A DNA stretch of 64,000 nt from the human T2T-CHM13v2.0 reference genome, Homo sapiens: the NCBI RefSeq assembly GCF_009914755.1, contig NC_060934.1; one strand, 5' to 3'. Position numbers and translations under genes: made by a program. The notes under the pieces were generated by a model. It was not told the DNA's origin. It did not search any database and saw nothing but the letters and a program-made list of their open reading frames with translations. Positions 31,321 through 45,970 of this stretch are shown in pieces; the stretch's first letter is position 1; each line of letters begins with the position of its first letter.

Positions 31321-31853
31321 ATAGTTGTTGTATTCGATCCCTCTGCTGTCTTGGTCCCTGTGGACTGCAGCTTTGCAGCATCAGTTAGAAGATTGTTAGA
31401 ATCACCATCATTTCTCTCCAGGCAATTTGTGTGCCTCCTAATGCCTGACAAGCTCTGATTGAGATAGCAACTGAAAACCAAGAAATAGGAAAGACCAAGA
31501 TACCTCAAAAGCCTACCCACCACCAACATGTTATGTTCCACATGTAAAACCACCCACACGTGTATGTTCCATTCTAAGAAAGACAACCATCTAGTTTCTG
31601 TGCCATCCTCTTCACAAATGGAGGTAGAAAAGGTTCTTCTAAAATCAGGCACATCAGTACCAGCAAACCGTGATAGCTGACAGCCTCAACACCTATCGAG
31701 AGGAGGGAAATGCCTGGGACCTCCAAAAGTAAAATAGTCTGGGGCAGAGTTTCTAATCCTTTATGTGTATCACAGAGTTTTTACGTGAGCACCTGGATTA
31801 TTCGTGTGGTTTTGATGCTCCCTGAAAAATTGAGTGAGAATTAGAGTCTTGAG

Positions 31854-31986
31854 CTACTTAGTGTATTGGCAGATGTATTTCAGTGAACATAGCACAGCAA
31901 ACCATATGACTTTGGCCTAGCCACTTAATGTATTGGCAAATGTATTTCAGTGAACATAGGACAGCAAATCATATGACTTTGGTTTA
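31854..31986 (+). repeat. Two-copy tandem duplication, period 67 nt
   Basis: gtattggca(g/a)atgtatttcagtgaacatag...catatgactttgg repeated. Confidence 0.9.
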
Positions 31987-32069
31987 GAGTCATCTCAAAT
32001 TGTGTTTTACTCTATTTTCTCTAAAAGAGTAGGGAAGTATATGGGTGACTCCTTTGGAGAAGAAGGCAG

Positions 32070-32225
32070 CACATTATGGCCAAGGGGCCACTCGGTTGTG
32101 CCTGTGTCGTCTCTGGCTGCTCTCATGCCGTGTTGGCAGAGCTGAGCAGCTGTGACAGAAGCCACATGACCTTCAAAGCTGAAAGTATGTACTCTATGGC
32201 CCCTCACAGAAAAGTTTGCCAAGCC
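32070..32225. mobile_element. MER58-like hAT fragment
   Basis: ctatggcccctcacagaaaagtttgcc end motif. Confidence 0.6.
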
Positions 32226-32329
32226 AATCTGTAATATTTTGAATTTGGAAATGTTGGTGCCTAAAGAAGAAACGTCTAGGGTATGGTAATCCCAGGATTC
32301 TAAATAATTCAGAGTTTACCCTATGGAGT

Positions 32330-32620
32330 TTTTTTTGTTTGGAGTTTTCTGTTTTTGTTTAGAAACAGGATCTCTCTGTCAGCCAGGCTGGAGTTGAGTG
32401 ACATGATCATAGCTCACTGCAGTCTCAAACTCCTGGGCTCAAGTGATCTTCCTGCCTCAGCCTCTGGAGTAGCTGGAACTACAGGGGTGCCCCACTAATT
32501 TTTAAAATTTTTTTGTAGAGATGACGTCTTGCTATGTTTCCCAAGCTAGACTTTGAACTGATGCTCCTGCCTCAGCCTCCCAAAGTGTTGGGATTACAGG
32601 CGTCAGCCACTGTACCCAAC
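32330..32620 (-). mobile_element. AluJ
   Basis: Diverged antisense dimer. Confidence 0.85.
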
Positions 32621-32996
32621 CTTGGTTTTATCCTGTGGCTTCATAAATAGTGGTTTCTGGCTTATTGTGGCTTGAGGAACGGGGTGGAGATGTGCGTACT
32701 TAGGAGGGTAAGTGGAAAGTATGGTAGTATAAAGCAGTGCACCAGACTATACAACTATCTGTAAAACAGATTCCAGGCCAACCATACTGTTCTGCATGAA
32801 CCAATTTAAGGTATTGAATCAGTTATCTATAACTCAACATAAATTGTCACTGTTTCTCAGATGTTTTTAATTATATCCACTGTAAGAAATATGTTTGATA
32901 TTATATTCCGGTACCTACAAGTTCATACATGACTGGAACAAAAATTTCAAAAAAAAATTATGTGTAATACAGTCTGATACCTTCTATTCTGTTTCA

Positions 32997-33320
<324 letters not shown>

Positions 33321-34079
33321 TTATTTTACAACCCACCAGTGGATTAATTGCATTCAGTTTGAGAAGCATGGTATTGAATGTTACATGTAAACAAAACAAT
33401 CTATGCAGGATCACTTTGTTTCATTTTTCTTTTTTCTCCCAACACCTGGGAGTACTTGGGAATATCTTCCTTTTCTGTTTGTACAAATATTAGAAAGTTT
33501 CCCCCTGGGTCTTGGTTGTCTAATCTTTTTCTTTTTAATTTAGTCTTAACTGTTTTCCTGATTTATTTTTATTTTGCTCTTCCCTATGCTGAAGATTTTA
33601 GAAAATGTAATTAGAGTGTAATAAGAAGTCTTATTGTTAAAAAAAAATACGCTGCTTTAGTACTTATTAATATAATAATTTGGTAGGGAGGAAGATAATC
33701 AGACTTGAAATGTACAGCATTAAGATATTCTGAAAACATTTTTAAAACTATTCCTTTCGCTAACCCCCAAAAGAATGAAATGAAATGGGTCTCCTTTTTT
33801 CTCCTACATTTCACTAACACTGATCAGTTTCTTAAACTGTTTAATATCATTTTTAGTGTCCTTAGTGAGAAGTAGCGTCTTCTGTATAATGTAATTTAAA
33901 AATATTTGCCAACATTAAATGTGTGATTATTTCATATGATATCTTTGAGGCTTAATTTTAACTCTTAAAAGATTGAAACACTTTCTGTTGTGCATTATAA
34001 GCAGGTGTTTAGTATTTCCTTTTTCTTCCCATCCTTTAGCTCCACCTTTAGCTATTTTTATGCCATGTGAGAAGCAAAG

Positions 34080-34246
34080 CAGAGCGCTTCTAAGAGACAC
34101 CATTGTGTAAGATAGTAGATTTGTTAGAAATAAAACCAGGTGCACACTTTCCTCAGGCTTCCCAGAGCGCTTCTAAGAGTCATCATTGTGTAAGATAGCA
34201 GATTTGTTAGAAATAAAACCAGGTGCACACTTTCCTCAGGCTTCCC
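34080..34246 (+). repeat. Two-copy tandem duplication, period 83 nt, 3 mismatches
   Basis: cagagcgcttctaagag...gtgcacactttcctcaggcttcc repeated. Confidence 0.93.
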
Positions 34247-34496
34247 ATCTTTTAAAAGATTGTTTTTCAGATGGTATTAAAATTTAGATGTTTACAAGTA
34301 GTAACGTAAAATATATAATATGGCTCTCCAAATATATTGCTGTCTATACAACTCTTCTCTGCAGTGTGGTTATAGTTTTAACCACTTCACCTTATGGAAG
34401 CTGTGCTGCTGTTTGTTTAAACAGAAATATCTATATCCTGGGGCTGTGATCTAGCATATTCAGTCTTACCTGTCACATTAGTCAGGAAAGGTTATG

Positions 34497-34500
<4 letters not shown>

Positions 34501-34527
<27 letters not shown>

Positions 34528-34775
34528 GAGACAGGGTCTCACTCTTGCCCAGCCTGGAGTACAGTGGTGTGGGCTCCAGTTATCCTCCCACCCCAGCCTC
34601 TCGAATAGCTGGGACTATGGGCACATGCCACCACTCCTTGCTAATTTGTTTATTTTTTTGTACAGTGTCTTGCCATGTTGCCCAGGTTGGTCTCCTACTC
34701 CTGGGCTCAAGCAGTCCGTCCGTCATGGCCCCCCAACATACTGGGATTACAAGTGTGAGCCACCACTCCCAGCCC
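34501..34775 (-). mobile_element. AluJ
   Basis: Poly-T + diverged antisense dimer. Confidence 0.87.
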
Positions 34776-35084
34776 AAAGTTTTGTTTGTTTGTTTGTTTT
34801 TCTTTTTTTTTCAGTTGTTACAAAGTTATTACTCTGATCTTTTTCTTCTTCATCTGATAGGGATATAGGCAGACACTTAGCAAGTTCATATTATATTTAT
34901 GTGAGAATGTTTAACTTTTGATTTGTTAAAATCTTTTAATTAAATACCTGAAACTTCATAGTTTATTCCCCATTACTAAAGTTACTGTCCCCAAAATAAA
35001 AACAAAACAAAACAAAAAATGGAAAAGCTATGCTAAGTATCTGGGCCCCTACCCCTTACAAAAATGATGTCTTTTCTACATAAG

Positions 35085-35327
35085 GTGCGGAAGTGCTGAC
35101 TGCACAGTTTGTACAGAAAACCAAATTGGATAGGAAAAACCAAGAAGCTCCTATTTCTAAAGATGTTCCAGTGCCAACAAATGCTAAAAGGGCAAGGAAA
35201 CAAGAGAAATCTCCAGTCAAAACTGTTCCAAGGGCTAAGCCACCTGTGAAGAAATCTCCACAAAAACAGAGAGTAAATATAGTAAAAGGCAATGAGAACC
35301 CCAGAAACAGAAAGCAGCTACAACCTG
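35085..35327 (+). CDS. TASOR2: TASOR2 exon (243 nt), K/P-rich: [11 protein letters not shown]...RKQLQP
   Basis: ORF 35093-35392; acataag acceptor, CTG|gtaaga donor. Confidence 0.94.
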
Positions 35328-35754
35328 GTAAGAAATACTCTTCCTATAAATTTAAACACCCCAATACAGATCTAACAGAGAGTGCAAGATAATTTATTGA
35401 AATAGTGTAAGAGCAGTTGCAATGTCCCAATAATTTTTTCTGTGTTTTTCAGTTCAGACATTAAAAAAACTAAGTAAACTGGTTTCCTAATGTAAATAAA
35501 TTAGGAAGGTACAAAAGCTCAAACCTTCAAAAACATAGAGCCTACTTTTTACTTTGCAAAAAGCCTGAACATGAATTGTCTACAAGCATTAAAGTATAAA
35601 TGGCCTTATTTATGACTAAATGCAGAAGCAAGTAGTATCTGGCATTATTTTTCTAGACCATTATCAATTATAAAAATAGAAGATTATAAGTTTATCTAAA
35701 GGGAATTATAAACAGACTGTCCAAAACTGTCAGTAATCCAGAATCCTGTATTTA

Positions 35755-36333
<579 letters not shown>

Positions 36334-36659
36334 TGAGAATCCTGTATTTGGTTTTAAAAGGCATTAATTTTAAAAGTAGTTTTACTGATTTAACTTTGCT
36401 TAAGTAAAGAATCAAGTTTAGTCACATGAACTGCTCCAGTTTTGTATTTTCAACTGCTAGATATAACCTCTGTACTAGAAAGTTTTGTTGTCACCTTAGT
36501 GAGACAAATACCAGCTTTCCTCCTGGATCTACTTTCCTTAATTTTTTTTCCCTTTGGTATTGATTTTTTTGTGGTGTGTGTGTATTTTTTTTGTTTTGTT
36601 TAACGGAGAGACTTCATTCTCTCCTATCTTTCTATGAGTTTTCTGTCTGGTTTTCCTGA

Positions 36660-37047
<388 letters not shown>

Positions 37048-39164
37048 GTTTGTTTTTTTTAGTTTTTTTGTTTTTTTTTTCAACTTAAGCATACCCTGAG
37101 ATTCTTTAAGTTTTTTCAGATTGTTTTATGACTGAAGATTTTTTTAAAAGCTCATCATGTCATTCAAAAACCCATATGCTGCAGTTTTGGCTTCCATACC
37201 AGATTTGAGCTCTTCTGCTTGTCCCTCTCGGGAGTTTATGGTGTGGCTGCACCTCCCCTCTCTGCGTTGTGCCTCTGCTGTTGCCACCGTGCTCCTTCCC
37301 CTGCGGCCCTCTGTGCCTCCCCCAGGCAACCTCTGCCCTTCAGGGGCCTGCAGCTAGATTTATCCCCACAGGGAGGCGTTTTCTCATGTTGTGACTGTAA
37401 CTAATCTCTCACTTCTTTGGGATATTTGAGAACATTCTATAATTTAATTCATACTGTTTTCAATTCATCTGACATGTCTTGGTCCAATCTTTCCAATTTG
37501 TAAACATGAGAATAGGTAACATCTTGTGTTCCTAGCAGTGTCATTTGCATTCTTTGTACTGAATTGGCTTCAGATGTTTATTGACAAATTGATTAATGCG
37601 AGGAGGTATATAATTGCATACTGGCAGAAAAGTGAGCCCAGAAAATTTAAAGTTTCAAAATGTGTGTTCAAATACAGGCTGATTTGTATTGCAAATGTCT
37701 GTAGGTATTGTGCAGCCACATTCCAAGTTAACATTTTTGAATGACTACATTTAAATCTCTGAATTTTTTTCTTAAGCACCTATGTTAATCATTTTACTTC
37801 TTATACTTAAAATATCAACGTTTAAGAAGGCAGATGAAACATAGCCACATTGACCTCAGTTTGCAAATTACTGATTTAAATTAGAATCAAATGATAATTT
37901 TGAAGTCAGACAGTCCTTTTGTTAATGAAACATGATTTTCTGTCCTTTTTATTCACTGAACTTTTTTTTAATGTAGTTCCTTTGGCATTGTCTTATGTAT
38001 GTCTTAAATAGAAATTATGGGTGGTGTTTTTTTAATTGGGAACCTGTAACACGTTAATAACTGGGTGATTTATGTGAGACTATAATATGTTAAACTACCA
38101 TTTTTCTTTATTTTAATACAGTATCTTTTATATTAGGCCTTACTGGTAAGTAATATTTTGTGTAAGGGATAAGTAGATGGAGGCCATAATATTAACAAAG
38201 AATGAAATTAGCATCAGATCACAAAATTAATTTTATGTTTCCAGTATACCTGTGGGACTAACAAGACAATTATCTGCTTTGGGTCCTTTTCATCCACCTG
38301 TCCCCTTTGAGTTTGCTGTTTTAAATAAAAACTGGGCAGTCGTTGATCAGTTTAACCCTTTCCCCATGTATGTGCATGCCCTTGTCGTTCTAATTGATGA
38401 CATCATAGGCTGGAGCTGTCTTCTCTTTAAATGTGTTACTCATTGGCCTTGGCTGGCAGGTTGTTAATTCATTTTGGACCTGCTACTATGATAAAGAGGA
38501 ACATAGTTGGCTTTTCTGGTCATCTGTCTACCTGCAGCAGGGAATCATTGCCTTAGCAGAGTTGTGAAGTTTATCCTTCATAATAACAGCATTTAGGAAG
38601 GAATAATGAATACGTTGAAAATACCAAGGGAAACCACTGGCAAATGTAAATGTTCTGATTAAGGGCATATGGATAGATTTGATTATCTGTAAAAGGGAAC
38701 ATTGTCAGTAGATTTGCTCTTTCTTGGATAATGTAAAAGGTCAATGTTTTTGGTAATGAAAGTAAAATTTTAAAAGGTAATGGAATTAATTGATGATTCT
38801 GAATACTCTTAGGACTTTTCTAATTTTTTATTTCTATCACATCATGTAATTAAAGATCAATATAGTTAAAATCATTTGAACTTAGGTAGTTTCTCTAATA
38901 AATCGCTTGTTCAGGGAAATGGTTCCTGAGAAAGTATGTTAGCAAACTCATACACACTTGAAACTTCTACATTCCTGTCCTTATTAGATTGTAAGCTCCC
39001 AAGGGCAGGACTCTCATCTTTTTTGGGTTTTTTTGTTTGTACATTTTTTGAGCTGAGCTGTATGTCTTCTGTGTAGATCAGTTCATATGTTTTTGAAGGA
39101 TAATTTCTTTCTAAATTAATGTACACATTCCTTAAGACTTGTCCCTCTGGTTTAACACATTATA

Positions 39165-39302
39165 ATCTGAGGGTTGAAAGAGACCTTAATCCAATAGAAA
39201 ATTTTAATATGCAATATGTATAACATAAGTTTTATCTGAGGGTTGGAAGAGACCTTAATCTAATAGAAAATTTTAATATGCAATATATGTTACATAAGTT
39301 TT
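39165..39302 (+). repeat. Two-copy tandem duplication, period 69 nt
   Basis: atctgagggttg(a/g)aagagaccttaatc...acataagtttt repeated. Confidence 0.9.
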
Positions 39303-39398
39303 TCTCAGACATGTTGAATTAACCATCATAGTAATATGGCAGAGAGTTAATTCTATGACAAGCAAACATCTCTCTTTTTTTTTTCTTTTATACTGAAG

Positions 39399-40278
39399 TC
39401 AAAGGAGAAACTGCTTCAAAGCTTCAATCAGAAATTTCAAGAGGTGGTCAAGAAGATGGGATTAGCATAAATAGTGTTCAACCAGAAAATACCACAGCGG
39501 CTCACAATGATCTTCCTGAAAACTCCATCGTCAACTATGACTCCCAGGCCCTAAATATGTTAGCCGATCTAGCATTAAGCTCTGCTACTTCTTCCACACC
39601 AGTATCTGAGGCTAGAAATCTTCACTGTTCCTCTGAATTGCCACAAAATGATGTTTTGCTCTCTAAAGAAAATTCTTTGCGAGGTACATCTGACCATGAA
39701 TATCATAGAGGAGTTAAAACTCAAAAAGGTGAATTACTACCTAACCCATCTTCTGATAGGAAGAGTAATTCTGGATCAGACTTAACTGTTAGCCAAGATG
39801 AAGAAAGCTTGGTTCCTTGTAGTCAGGCCCCTGCTAAAGCCCAGTCAGCACTTACTGAGGAAATGCTAGAATCTTCAGATGCAAGCCAAAGCTCTTCTGT
39901 TTCTGTGGAACATTCATATGCCCTGCTCCTTACAGAACATTCAAAGAAACATCTACAGGAGAGAGAGATACTAAGCCCTCTGTTTCCCAGGAATGGGACA
40001 AAAAGCCCTGAAGCAGCAACCCCAGTGGGGAAAGTCATGCCATTTCGGCATCAGCCCGGCCTTTTGCTTCAGCAAAAGCCTCCTGACGACCCCGTGGTGA
40101 AGCCCAAGGATCGACCACCGTCTGCCCGTGTGAAAAAATCTTCTTGCTCTCGTATAGTGCTTAGCTGTGATGACTCCGTTAAGATCACTTTCAAATGTGA
40201 AACAGAATATGCATTCAGTTTAGACAGCAAATATACCAACAACCCACTGGAGAAAACTGTAGTAAGAGCATTACATGG
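39399..40278 (+). CDS. TASOR2: TASOR2 exon (880 nt): KGETASK...VVRALH(G)
   Basis: ORF 39557-40282 extended upstream to polypyrimidine tract + tactgaag acceptor; TGG|gtgagt donor. Confidence 0.95.
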
Positions 40279-41877
40279 GTGAGTATGAGTGAAACTTAGT
40301 GAAAATGGATGAAACTTTTCTGTTGAGATGAATGTAGTGAGATGGGGAAACTTATGCCAAACTCTGGAGAAGGAGAAAGAAGTGTTGTGTTTAAAACCAG
40401 TAATTTGATAATAACATCAAGCAAACATGTTTCCTGGCAATTAAGAGTAACAGGCTGGTTTTCCCCCTGTGCTCATGTGGAGAAGTTTTTAAAGATAATT
40501 TTAGCCTAATGAATAGCTTTCCATTTTGCAATGCTCCCTCGTAAGCCCTTGTGGCTTTTGAATTTCAATTTTTAGATGAGATCTTAATGTAAAATAGTGT
40601 GAGATTTAGAAATAATGCTTTACAGACTGAATTCCAGAAGAAACATTTTAAAAATCACTGTAGCTTGGTAAATTGGTCAGATTGATAGGAGTAAGCAGTT
40701 TCACATAAGATTGTTCTATAGATCTCCCTTAAGAAGGAATCAAGTCAGTAATAACAGAGTGGTGAACAGCACAGGCTTTGGAGTGTAGACTAACCTAGAT
40801 TTGAACCCGGGTTCTTTCCCTTTCTTACCTCCTGTGATCCTGGGCAAGTTTCTTGCTTCTGGACAGTGCTTCTTAATTGTGTGTGCTGCTCATCTAGAGA
40901 TTTCACTGAACTGCAGATTTTGATGCATTCTCCTTGGGAGAGGCCTGACATTCTGCATTTCTAACAAATTTTCAGGTGATATCAGTGGTGGATGACAGTC
41001 TGTGGCCAACATTTAATTATGTAGCTGTGTCCTGAGGTTACATATATTGAGATGCACAGTGACTGGCCAGTAGTAGTAATAAATGGTAACCATCACTGTT
41101 AGCAAGCATTCATTAGCTATATGAATTGACATTCAGCTCCCTATTAATGAACTGTTTCACATCTGACTATATGGACTCTACAGCTGTCAGGCTTTCTTCC
41201 ATACACCTGTTCATATATACTCATAAGGGTCATTTCCTTAGAACTTCCTGTTTAGCTATTGCCCAACTCTGCAGCCCCCCTGACTTATGGTACTCCAGCG
41301 ATCTGCCATCCTTTTGCCTGCCAGGTGGCCAGAAATGTTTTCTATTTCCCCTTACTGTTTCAGGATATTTTGCAGAACTGTAGTCTGAAAATAGTATAGT
41401 TCTGTTGAATTGCCCAGAGAGATATTTTATCTTCAGACTTTCTCAATTATTAGAAGAGAGACACAAAAATGGAAAATAAATGAATCAGCCAGACTTAGCA
41501 AAAGCATGGTGATGAGGATTTGGGTATTGGCGAAACCATTTCTATAATAAATATTCTGTGTCCAGAGTGAATTTGTATGGTGTAAAAGACACGTGCTACC
41601 CATGTTCAGATCATGGTTCTGCCATACAGGTTTTGTGATTTGAAAGAAGGCAATTACATGTTCTGATTCTCAGTTCCCGTCTCTGTAAAATGAGTGGGTT
41701 AGATGGATAATTATTTGTTAAGTCAACTACATATTTACTCATTCATGTTTCATATCTGTAAATTTTAAAAATAAAAACAAAAACTAAGGAATATTGGAGG
41801 CACTTGCTTATGATAAGGTAATCAACTAAAATAACCATTTTCAATGATTTTCATGTGTTCTTTCTGTAAACTCTTAG

Positions 41878-42307
41878 GCCCTGGAATACTGATTTGCCTG
41901 ATAATGTGGAAGAAGTGAAGCTTTTACTTCATATGTGGGTAGCTCTGTTTTACAGCAATCAGAACAAAATCATACGATCTTCCCGAAAGGTTGTAGAACA
42001 CAGCAACCCAGCAAAATATGTGTCTATAAATAGCACGTTAGAATCTTGTGAGCTCCGTGAAATTGAGGAGTCCCTTGGTTTGGAAAAATGTTCTGCAGAC
42101 TCTCTGTTGGAGACTAACGAAATTTCCAGGGCTCATGCTGCTGAAGTATCCTTCCGTGATCCTAACTGCTTGCTTCCTTTCATTAAAACACCACTTACCC
42201 AAGGCTTGGAACTCTGTGTACAAAATGAACAGAAAAAAACTTTTGCAAGAGAGTGTGATCCAGACACCCAAGAAGACCAGAATTTCATCTGTTCTTACAA
42301 TAATGAG
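41878..42307 (+). CDS. TASOR2: TASOR2 exon (430 nt): [25 protein letters not shown]...SYNNE
   Basis: ORF 41894-42331; ctcttag acceptor, GAG|gtatgt donor. Confidence 0.95.
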
Positions 42308-43109
42308 GTATGTAAAGCTGAATACCATTAAATGTTGGCATTATTTTTGAAGAAAAAAATGTTTATATGTAAAATCACATTCAAAACAAGGCATTTTTAA
42401 ATTTTAGGACAGTGAATTCTCAAGGTATGTAAAGAACTATTACACCAAAAACCTAGTTTTCATGAAATGTCCTTGAATTGTCTGCAGGTAGAGCTTACCT
42501 GCCATCCCGATTGAAAAAAACCAGAGTAGAAAAATGTCACAGGGTCCACATGATCTGGGAGCCCAGCATAATTTGGGGCAAATTGCTTCTTTGCCTAATT
42601 TTTAAAAGAGGTGACTTAATACCTATCAAGTCTTATGTAGAATATTGTTTAAGGATCAAATATAGCAATAATAAATCTTAGATATACTTTGATAAACCTT
42701 AAAGTAAACTAAAATTAATTGTATTAAAATTATTTTTGAAGACAGATGCTGGAATAGTAAAATGCCAGACCTGTGAAAGAAGACCCATTGCAAATAACTA
42801 TTTGTAAATATGGAAAATATACTTTGTTTTGTTCCTTGTTCTCAACTGACATTCAACCAGGCCAGATAATCCAAATTTTACCTGGAGCAAATCTAAAAGT
42901 TGTTAACAAAATTCTAAGCAAATGAATTGACAAAATTACCTACCTTTTAAAGTTTTCTGCCCAAATTTATTCTAGAATAATATTGCTTGGGTTTGGGCAG
43001 CATCTCTGATTCCTGTCTTAAGAAAGAGTAGACAGTGTTCCTATACCCGGGGTCACCGGGGACTTGGAGGTCCTTGGGTGAGCCTCATAGAACCCGTGAA
43101 TATCTTCAA

Positions 43110-43340
43110 GTGATTGTCATCATCATGAGAATTAAAGATTTCTGGGTCACTGTGTGCCAGAAAGTAAGAGTTCTAAGCCCTTCACTCATATTAACTCAGT
43201 TCATTCTCAAATAAGTTAAAGACTATTAATCTCCCCATTACATAGATGACGAGACTAAAGCATAGAGAAGTAAAGAAATTGCCTAAAGTCACATAGAAAA
43301 TTGTCAAGCCAAGATTCCAGTCTAGAAAACCTAAATGTTA
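43110..43340 (-). mobile_element. MIR fragment
   Basis: cccattacatagatgacgagactaaagcatagagaagtaaagaaattgcctaaagtcaca resembles MIR core. Confidence 0.6.
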
Positions 43341-44068
43341 ACTATGTATGTGCTTTTTTTTTCCCCTAAAGATGGGGTTCAGCAGTTCCATCCTATTCTC
43401 AAAGAATTACATAAAATCCAGTTAAGAATCACCACCTTAGAATAAGAAAATATAGTCTAGTCAGGGAGATTTAAATTAATACATATATACATGCTAGTTT
43501 CTTATAAAATACCATTTGTCGTGGTAATATGTAATTAACTATCATCAGTACTAATTTTAGCAATGATTTTGGCAAGCCTGACTGTTCAAATCAGTGATTC
43601 CTAACAATCTCCTTAGTATGTACTTACGTAGGCTTTTGTTTTTTTGTCATCTTGTTGAATGCTGTGCCTGTACTTGAAAGGCACACATGTGTGCTATCGC
43701 ACTCCCTCCACCAGTTGGCACACTGGAATGTGAAGAAGAGGATTCTAGCATGATAGGCACTAGAAACCAAAAGCATGTTGCTGCTAGTCATGTGTTGAGT
43801 TGAGCACTCTTTCTGAATTGTCAGACTTTATTTTAGAAGCATTACACTTTACCTGTAGTAAAAATATATCGAAATAGAAATATATCAAGATTGTCACTAT
43901 TTGCATTTCACTAAGACTACAGTCATGGTGAGATTTAGGACTGAGGCTAAACGTTACCAGCCACATGATTGGGAGGGCCATTAAAGTTCTCAGAAGGACA
44001 CTGACTCTCAAGACTTTTCTAATACTTTGTTCTCTTAAAACTCTGTTGTCTCAGCCCCACACTGTTGA

Positions 44069-44716
<648 letters not shown>

Positions 44717-45281
44717 TAAGACAGAAATGTTTTTAACAAGAGATTTGGAACACAGTTCCTGATTTCCAACATGTATGCTTCAAGACATGGCACGCAGTTT
44801 GTGAGCATGGTGTTCCCAGCATTGCAGAGGGGTGTGATCAGTTGTATAATCAGTTCATTTTATTATATGCTCGACAAGGCCATGCTTGAGGCTTTAAATA
44901 AAACAAAAAACAAATACCACCCTGTTTATGAGGTTATGAGAACTGTCCTGAGATGATAGCTCTGCTAATGTTTAACCTAAATCCTGCTTGCTACTGTTTA
45001 AATCAGTGCCTTTAGTTCAGTTTATGATTGCAAACTGCATTGATAAAGTTTTCAATTGCCATGTACAATAGGAGGTATTCAAATGAGAAAGAATCTCCAG
45101 TTTCATGCAAAGAAGATAGCTAAGGGATGAGGAGCCTTTGTTGACTAGAATCAATGTATTCTGAGTACAGGGGGTAGTAATTAATTTACTCTGTTGCCTC
45201 ATGGGAAAGTTTCAGATGATGGTGTACTTATGGTCTAATTGAAAACGGATGTTAAAAATGTTATTTGCTTTTTAAAAATTA

Positions 45282-45582
<301 letters not shown>

Positions 45583-45970
45583 TTAATCTCATTTATTAAA
45601 AACAAAATTGAATGCTTTTTCTCTAGTGCTACACTTCTGGATTAAGCGGTGCTAAGTAGCAAACAGGCTGCATTTAAAGTCTTTTAAATTGTCAGTGGTC
45701 TAGTTATTTTTCTTCCAAAAAGCTTGGAGCTCTCTTCTGTGTGTGGTTTTAAAGAAAACAAATCCCACTGGGGGGTATTTTAAGTCTGCCTTTAAAAGAG
45801 GGACTTGCTTGATTTGTACCCTGTGATATTCTTTTAGCTAGAAAATTCAGAAGAACATTCACAAACTAAAATTAATTTTTATCTTTTCTGTTCTTCACAT
45901 GTACATATAATCGTATAAAAAACATTTTATATGACTGATTTTTTTTTTTTTTTTACTTTGGCCGTTTCAG

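Noticed and set aside
31149-31740. 167-aa minus-strand ORF and coding-looking sequence after the Alu, with a possible acceptor at 31421
   Set aside because: The ORF's C-terminal part is Alu-derived; the + strand candidate exon hits a stop after 6 codons in TASOR2 phase; no recognisable homology
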